Of a DNA stretch of 50,528 nucleotides, positions 45,267 to 50,528 are shown piece after piece. Under the pieces are notes generated by a model, which was not told the origin of the DNA, made no database searches, and saw nothing but the letters and a program-made list of their open reading frames with translations. The stretch is from the NCBI GenBank assembly GCA_041653695.1, contig JBAZEV010000002.1, forward strand, positions 1 to 50,528, read 5' to 3'. The first letter of the stretch is position 1; each line of letters opens with the position of its first letter. Source of the stretch: Candidatus Bathyarchaeia archaeon. Its GTDB lineage: Archaea; Thermoproteota; Bathyarchaeia; Bathyarchaeales; Bathyarchaeaceae. A program made the translations under genes and the position numbers.

Positions 45267-46310
45267 ATGAGCGCTAAAGAAAATGAAGCACTTTTAGCAA
45301 ACGTTGATGAAGTCACAGCCAAACTCCGCGATTTACTTGAAAAATCTGTAAAGAAAAACATGACCGAAGACATGCTCTTTTCCGGCGGCATAGACACCAG
45401 CATCCTTGCTACAATACTTTCAAAATATGTACGAATCAGAGGATTCACCTGTGCCTTCAAAGAAGCAAACCCATTAGACATCAAATTTGCAGACCTAATG
45501 GCTAAGCGGGTAAACATGGAACATCACCTGAATGCATTTGGTGCCGACCAAGTTTTTGAGGCTATTCCGCATGTGGTTAAAGTCTTGAACTCGTTTGACC
45601 CCATGGAAGTGCGAAACAGCATCACCATAACTATTGGGCTTAAGTACGCGAAATCTTTTGGCTCAACAAAACTGATTACAGGCGACGGCGCCGATGAACT
45701 GTTTGCTGGTTACCATATGTATTACCGTCATGTGGGTAACAAAGAAAAGTTAACTGAAATGTTACAGAAAATGTGGGCTATTATGGCGTTTTCTTCTGTG
45801 CCTCTTGGAAAATCGTTGGGCATCGAAGTACGTGCACCATTTTTGGACCCTGATGTGCAAAAGTTTGCTATGAGTATGGACCCAAGATACAATGTTCAAG
45901 AAGAACGCGGCGAAGTTTGGGGAAAATGGATTCTGCGCAAGGCATACGAGGATGTTTTGCCAACTGAGGTTCGGTGGCGGGACAAAAACCCAATTGAGGT
46001 CGGTTCTGGTACCACGATTTTGCCTACGTTTATGGCTCAGAAGATTTCGGATTCAGAGTTTGCCGCTAAAAAGAAGAAGATAATGGAAACAGACAACGTT
46101 ACTATCCGTGACAAAGAACAACTTGTTTACTACGAAGCATACCGCGAAGTTGTGGGAGTGCCTCACGCAGAAGACCCTGATGCGCGAACCTGTCCGCAGT
46201 GTAACTCGAACGTTGCCGAAAATGCTGTTGTCTGCAAAACCTGTGGAGCATATCCCATTGCTGCTGGCGGTAGGTCGATAACTAACGAGAATGCTTATTC
46301 TGACCAGTAA
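45267..46310 (+). CDS. asparagine-synthetase-type PP-loop ATP pyrophosphatase domain protein lacking the glutaminase domain, with a C-terminal zinc ribbon
   Basis: The PP-loop SGGIDTS lies at 45381-45401. The AsnB C-domain signatures ITGDGADELFAGY, APFLDPDV and KWILRKAYEDVLP are present. There is no N-terminal Cys2/Ntn domain. The protein ends CPQC-x11-CKTC. Confidence 0.75.
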   Translation: MSAKENEALLANVDEVTAKLRDLLEKSVKKNMTEDMLFSGGIDTSILATILSKYVRIRGFTCAFKEANPLDIKFADLMAKRVNMEHHLNAFGADQVFEAIPHVVKVLNSFDPMEVRNSITITIGLKYAKSFGSTKLITGDGADELFAGYHMYYRHVGNKEKLTEMLQKMWAIMAFSSVPLGKSLGIEVRAPFLDPDVQKFAMSMDPRYNVQEERGEVWGKWILRKAYEDVLPTEVRWRDKNPIEVGSGTTILPTFMAQKISDSEFAAKKKKIMETDNVTIRDKEQLVYYEAYREVVGVPHAEDPDARTCPQCNSNVAENAVVCKTCGAYPIAAGGRSITNENAYSDQ

Positions 46311-46329
46311 CTTTTTTTGTCTCATTTTT

Positions 46330-46362
46330 GGTGGGTTGGCTCCCACCCATGTTTTTGTTTTT
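46330..46362 (+). terminator. stem-loop plus T-run after the AsnB-like gene
   Basis: GGTGGG-ttggct-CCCACC is followed by atgtttttgttttt. Confidence 0.45.
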
Positions 46363-46412
46363 CAGGAAATGTTTAAAGCTTATAGTAATATGCATTTTTT
46401 GCTGTCTTTACT

Positions 46413-47456
46413 TTGAGGCTGGACTACGTGGCAACAAAAGATTGGATTCCCCGCGACGGTGAGACTCTTCTAACCAATGAAGGTTTTATTTTCTATGTTT
46501 TTGGGTATGAACACCCAGAAAACCGTGTTTTTGCGTTTCTGAAGTATATTCCCTCTGAGTATGCGCACCTGTTTCCTATTCGTTTTCTTAAACAGAAATG
46601 GAACCTAGACAGCAAGGAACTTTCTAGACCTGAAAAGCTTTACACGCCTCAAAATTACCAGAAGTTTTTGGAGACATTGCGTAACAGTTTTCCGCATTAC
46701 CTGTATTGCTGTCCGTTCCGGGGTAAAGAAGTTCTGAGTGTTCCGTTGAATCAGATTAAACGGGTGTATCTGCCTGGTGAATGTCTGCAGCGGATATTCA
46801 ACAAAGAGAGCAAGGATGCCATTCAGCAGGAGGCGGTTGATTTGGTTACGTTGTTATCAGAAGCCTCAAGTGTGCCTGTTGCGGAGTTTGGGATTCATGG
46901 TTCTGTTGGTTTGAATATGCATTCAGAGTATTCTGATATTGACCTTGTGGTTTATGGTTCTGAGAACTTCAAGAAGCTGGAAGATGCGGTTAACCGGTTA
47001 GCCGATGACGACGGCGTTTTTACGCATGTTTGTACCAAGAAGATTGATTTTGCTCGGCTGCATCGGGGACGTTACAACGACCGCCGTTTCGTGTATAATG
47101 CTGTACGAAAATATGATGAAATTGATGCTCCGCACGGTCAACTGAAGTACACACCTGTTAAACATGTTAACTTCAGCGCCGTGGTTGTAGACGACAAAGA
47201 GAACATGTTCCGTCCCGCAGTTTATCCAATCAAGAATTACCAACCAGACGATACTGATTCCGAGTTGTCTGCGGAACAGGTTCCAATTCATTTGTCATCG
47301 ATGATTGGTTATTACCGTAACGTTGCGCGGACTGGTGATGCTGTGAAGGTTTCGGGTAAGTTGGAGCGTATTGAGAACGTTGAAATCGGAGAAATAAGTT
47401 ATCACGTGGTTGTTGGTACCGCCACATGTGAAAAAGAGTATATTGAACCCCTTTAG
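46413..47456 (+). CDS. pol-beta nucleotidyltransferase with OB-like C-terminal domain, paralog B
   Basis: The motif [24 protein letters not shown] lies at 46899-46943. The architecture and length (347 aa) match paralog A. TTG start. Confidence 0.7.
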   Translation: MRLDYVATKDWIPRDGETLLTNEGFIFYVFGYEHPENRVFAFLKYIPSEYAHLFPIRFLKQKWNLDSKELSRPEKLYTPQNYQKFLETLRNSFPHYLYCCPFRGKEVLSVPLNQIKRVYLPGECLQRIFNKESKDAIQQEAVDLVTLLSEASSVPVAEFGIHGSVGLNMHSEYSDIDLVVYGSENFKKLEDAVNRLADDDGVFTHVCTKKIDFARLHRGRYNDRRFVYNAVRKYDEIDAPHGQLKYTPVKHVNFSAVVVDDKENMFRPAVYPIKNYQPDDTDSELSAEQVPIHLSSMIGYYRNVARTGDAVKVSGKLERIENVEIGEISYHVVVGTATCEKEYIEPL

Positions 47457-47457
47457 C

Positions 47458-48540
47458 TTGGTTATTGAGGGTGCTTTGTTGTTTAAGCTGCGCGACCGCG
47501 ACGCAATACTGACCAAAGACGGCATAATCTTTCGGGTTTACGGGTATCTTCACCCTAAAGGCGCGTACGTCTGCGACCCAGAGTATGCATCGCCAACGGT
47601 TTTTGCATCAACTAATTCCCGTGCGCGGCGTGGCAAAGACGCTGTTGTTTATTACAAGTTTTTTGCAGACGCGGGCATGAAACTGGTTTTGAACAAGTAT
47701 CCACAGTACACCGTTTTTTATGAACCCCTGCAAAAGTGTTTGGTGGGCGTTAACGAGCCAGACATCTTTGAAGTTCGTCAGCCTGAGGTTGGTTTGCAGA
47801 ATGTTCTTGCCCGAAAAGCGGATGATGTGTTGTTGAAAGCGTTTCATGATTTGTTTTCGCGGGTTTTGGCGCAGTCCAGCTTGAAACAAACCGATTTTGG
47901 GGTGTTTGGTTCTTTGTTACATGGTTTTTATCATCCAAGTTTTTCGGATTTGGATTTCACGGTTTATGGAAAAAAGCAACTGGATGAGCTATGTGAAACC
48001 CTTGATGTCCTTTACAAGGAAGACAAAACCTTGTGTAACGAGTTTGACCACATGAAATCTGTTGAATCTAAGGACTGGAAGTTTGTGAACTACAGCCTCA
48101 AGGAATATCTTTGGCATCAGCATCGGAAGATGATTTACCCCTATTTTGATTCAAAAGATGCTGGGCGCACCGTGAAAGCCGAGTTTGAGCCAGTGAAAAC
48201 GTGGGCAGAGAACGTTAATGAGTTCAACAATTTTGCAAGGATTTGTCATGTGAGTTGGATTAAAGCGGTTGTCGAGGTAACGGATGACAGTAATGCGCCG
48301 TTTATTCCTTCGGTTTACCCGATTGAAGTAAAAGAAATCATTGAAGGCCCAAAAGTTGACAACATAACACGCATATTCTCTTACATGGAAGAGTTCAGGC
48401 TCCAAGCAAAAAAAGGTGAAACCGTTCTGGTTGAAGGCAACCTCGAAAAAGTCATCGACGGCACAAACATTTACCACCAAATCACGTTAAGCTACGGTCA
48501 CCGCTACTACGAACAAACATTCAAAGTTATCAAGACATAG
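47458..48540 (+). CDS. pol-beta nucleotidyltransferase with OB-like C-terminal domain, paralog C
   Basis: The motif FGVFGSLLHGFYHPSFSDLDFTVYG lies at 47908-47955. The TTG at 47458 lies one nucleotide after the paralog B stop (TAG 47454-47456) and matches the N-terminal alignment (LRDRDAILTKDGIIFRVYG). Confidence 0.7.
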   Translation: MVIEGALLFKLRDRDAILTKDGIIFRVYGYLHPKGAYVCDPEYASPTVFASTNSRARRGKDAVVYYKFFADAGMKLVLNKYPQYTVFYEPLQKCLVGVNEPDIFEVRQPEVGLQNVLARKADDVLLKAFHDLFSRVLAQSSLKQTDFGVFGSLLHGFYHPSFSDLDFTVYGKKQLDELCETLDVLYKEDKTLCNEFDHMKSVESKDWKFVNYSLKEYLWHQHRKMIYPYFDSKDAGRTVKAEFEPVKTWAENVNEFNNFARICHVSWIKAVVEVTDDSNAPFIPSVYPIEVKEIIEGPKVDNITRIFSYMEEFRLQAKKGETVLVEGNLEKVIDGTNIYHQITLSYGHRYYEQTFKVIKT

Positions 48541-48583
48541 TTGTGCAACAATACAAAAGATGATTTTGTTTAGTTTTTGATTG

Positions 48584-49063
48584 TTATTTGCTGTTCTGGA
48601 AACTCTGATCATTACATGTAGGATTCAAATCAATTTTTTCCCATGAGACGCTTCCCGAAGTATCAAATTTTGTTATGTTTATCTTCAATTTTGCCAATTC
48701 AGTTCTCAGTTTGTATATGCATTTTCCTACGTCATTCTTGTTACATAACATCGTGAAAACTATGTCATGGGTACCATATGTTTTCCAAAGAAATTTGACA
48801 TTAATTTGAGTTTTTAAAAATGCAATCGTTTTTTCAGTTTCTTCTATGTTTACATTAGCACCGATGACTATCGCTGAGAGATCTAACTTGTCAAAATTTG
48901 GGATTACCATGATTCTCTTGCGAATTATGCCTTCTTTTTCAAGTTTTCCAATTCTTCGATAGACCGTGTTACGTCCAGCATTACATAGTTTCGCCAACTC
49001 GTTGTAAGAGTATACACCATTGCACATGTATGACACAATCTGCCTATCTAGATAGTCAATCAT
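48584..49063 (-). CDS. Lrp/AsnC-family transcriptional regulator
   Basis: An N-terminal HTH (LDRQIVSYM...YNELAKLCNAGRNTVYRRIGKLEKEGIIRK) is followed by a RAM-like C-terminal domain. Confidence 0.8.
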   Translation of the reverse strand: MIDYLDRQIVSYMCNGVYSYNELAKLCNAGRNTVYRRIGKLEKEGIIRKRIMVIPNFDKLDLSAIVIGANVNIEETEKTIAFLKTQINVKFLWKTYGTHDIVFTMLCNKNDVGKCIYKLRTELAKLKINITKFDTSGSVSWEKIDLNPTCNDQSFQNSK

Positions 49064-49206
49064 CTTTTACTACCCACCGAATTATTTTCATAAAAATCTA
49101 ACATTAACCAGACATCATCACCAAAACTGAGTATAACCGTACCTTTCTAGTTCCCCGTCTAGATGACACAATACTGTATTGAATTTAGTATTTAACGTGT
49201 TGTACA

Positions 49207-49827
49207 TCATTCTCTCCCTGCGAGGATGTCATCAATGTTAGAGAATGGTGGATCTACACCTGTGGACGTTATTCTTCCTGTCGGGCATACTACATAGCAA
49301 TAATTACAATTCGCGCAGACTTCTTTCCTTTCTGGATAAATTGCGACACGCCTACTTGTTCCCCTGCCTACAAAACCGATGACGCTATCCCAATTTGCTT
49401 CAACACAACGTCGTATGCATAACCCGCAAAGGACACATTTTGTTGGTTCCATCTTTACCCTTGAACTGAACCGCGAGAGATCTGCGTTGTATTCAAGAGC
49501 TAATGCCCTAAGCTTGCCAGAGTCTTCTCCACTTGATACTGCAGCTAATTCTATTAGCGTTTTTCTTATTTTGTCTATTTTGGGAGACCTGGTTATTACC
49601 GTTAGGCCTTCCTCAACGGGATAGCAACATGCGGCTACTATACGTGTTCTTCCCCGTTTTTCAATTTCAACACTGCAAATGCAACAGGCACCGTAGAGCT
49701 CCAAGCCTTCATGATAACAAAGAGTTGGTATTTCAATGTCTAGAAGTTTTGCAGCCTCTAGAATAGTCATTTCTTCCTCTGCTTTAACCTCTTTTCCATC
49801 AATTTTTAAGGTGCATATTTGCTTCAT
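49207..49827 (-). CDS. 2Fe-2S plus 4Fe-4S ferredoxin-domain protein (HoxU / NuoG N-terminal-like)
   Basis: KIDGKEV...TILEAAK...IPTLCYH...CCICSVEI is followed by CxxCxxCxxxC clusters. The gene abuts the upstream NuoF-like gene with no gap. Confidence 0.75.
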   Translation of the reverse strand: MKQICTLKIDGKEVKAEEEMTILEAAKLLDIEIPTLCYHEGLELYGACCICSVEIEKRGRTRIVAACCYPVEEGLTVITRSPKIDKIRKTLIELAAVSSGEDSGKLRALALEYNADLSRFSSRVKMEPTKCVLCGLCIRRCVEANWDSVIGFVGRGTSRRVAIYPERKEVCANCNYCYVVCPTGRITSTGVDPPFSNIDDILAGRE

Positions 49828-50528
49828 TTATTTTCCTCCTTTGCGTATCGGTTTCATAGGTTTTGGTATAAACGAGGGAATTGGCTCACCTGAAAGTTTT
49901 TTCACCGCATCAAGATTGCACATCTCATAACAAGTTCCACATTTTACGCATTTTTCTTGGTTAATCCACTGGGCCTGACCTTTATCCCCCTCAACGGCTC
50001 CTACTGGGCATTCTTTGAAACATATTTGACACCCTTTACAGTTTTCAAAGTCAATAAAGTAAGTTATCAATTCCTTGCATGCCTTGGCTGGACAAATTTT
50101 CTTTTGTATATGCTGCTCCCATTCGTCTCTGAAGTATTTCAACGACGTGAGAACTGGGTTAGCGGCGGTTCTGCCTAACGCGCAAAGTGCAGCATACTGC
50201 ATCGTTTCGGCGATGTCTTCGATTGTTTGTATGTCCTTTGTTTTTCCTTTTCCTTCACAGATGTCTTTCAAAATCTTCGAAAGCACTCTCAATCCTTCAC
50301 GACAAGGAGTACACTTTCCGCAAGATTCCTCAAGAAGAAAATCGACAAAGTACCTTGCTGCGTCTACCATGCACGTTTCTTCGTCCATAACAACCATTCC
50401 TCCAGAGCCCATCATGGAGCCAACTTTGCTAAGTTCGTCGAAGTCTACTGGAAGGTCAAGCCACTCTTCTGAGATGAAACCTCCAGAAGGACCCCCAGTT
50501 TGCACAGCCTTGAATTTTTTGCCGCCTC
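49828..50528 (-). CDS. NuoF/HoxF-like NAD(P)H-binding flavoprotein subunit, C-terminal part (N-terminus outside the window)
   Basis: [21 protein letters not shown] and [12 protein letters not shown] (N3 cluster) are present, plus two extra C-terminal CxxCxxCxxxCP ferredoxin motifs. The ORF is open to the window edge. Confidence 0.85.
   Translation of the reverse strand, partial: GGKKFKAVQTGGPSGGFISEEWLDLPVDFDELSKVGSMMGSGGMVVMDEETCMVDAARYFVDFLLEESCGKCTPCREGLRVLSKILKDICEGKGKTKDIQTIEDIAETMQYAALCALGRTAANPVLTSLKYFRDEWEQHIQKKICPAKACKELITYFIDFENCKGCQICFKECPVGAVEGDKGQAQWINQEKCVKCGTCYEMCNLDAVKKLSGEPIPSFIPKPMKPIRKGGK

Noticed and set aside
49115-49121. Perfect box C (GUGAUGA) on the minus strand
   Set aside because: There is no box D, no terminal stem and no 12-nt spacing downstream. 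It sits in the promoter/5' region of the Lrp gene, next to its TATA-like TTTTTATG, and is probably a chance match.
1-50528. CRISPR arrays, transposases, integrases, prophage genes and long direct or inverted repeats
   Set aside because: Reading through the window showed none. The only repeats seen are the short motifs and paralogous genes reported above.

Overview
Archaeal chromosomal segment. By gene content it looks like a TACK/Bathyarchaeia-type organism, though that lineage call is inference only. There are about 45 protein genes, and many start at TTG.

Main gene content:
- Translation genes: trpS, pheS, pheT, tyrS, map, pelota, and a divergent cysS-like gene.
- Replication and repair genes: archaeal dnaG, a Toprim protein and a Y-family polymerase.
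- Tetrahydromethanopterin C1 pathway genes: fwdD-fwdA-fwdC-mch, an MtdA/MtdB-type dehydrogenase and ftr.
- The 3' end of a NuoF-like / 2Fe-2S flavoprotein pair.

No transposase, integrase, prophage or CRISPR array was recognised.

Observations most worth a second look:
1. A tRNA-Trp(CCA) gene next to a free-standing 5S rRNA. By hand folding it is cut into five exons by four bulge-helix-bulge introns. The canonical intron carries a box C/D-like guide aimed at positions 34 and 39.
2. An archaeosortase-family gene sits next to a processive GT2 synthase (frameshifted) and a giant PAS histidine kinase with two response regulators. Two paralogous PQQ beta-propeller surface proteins elsewhere in the window end in a shared P-[LM]-E-Y-I-Y-A / TM helix / KKRK tail.
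3. An uncharacterised cluster of three paralogous pol-beta nucleotidyltransferases with OB-like C-termini. It also holds a glutaminase-less asparagine-synthetase-type PP-loop enzyme with a zinc ribbon, and a CPBP intramembrane protease.
4. A CysRS-like gene that has lost two of the four zinc ligands.
5. Two candidate small RNAs: a box C/D sRNA and a GC-rich structured RNA.

All calls come from reading the sequence and the ORF translations. No database search was run.
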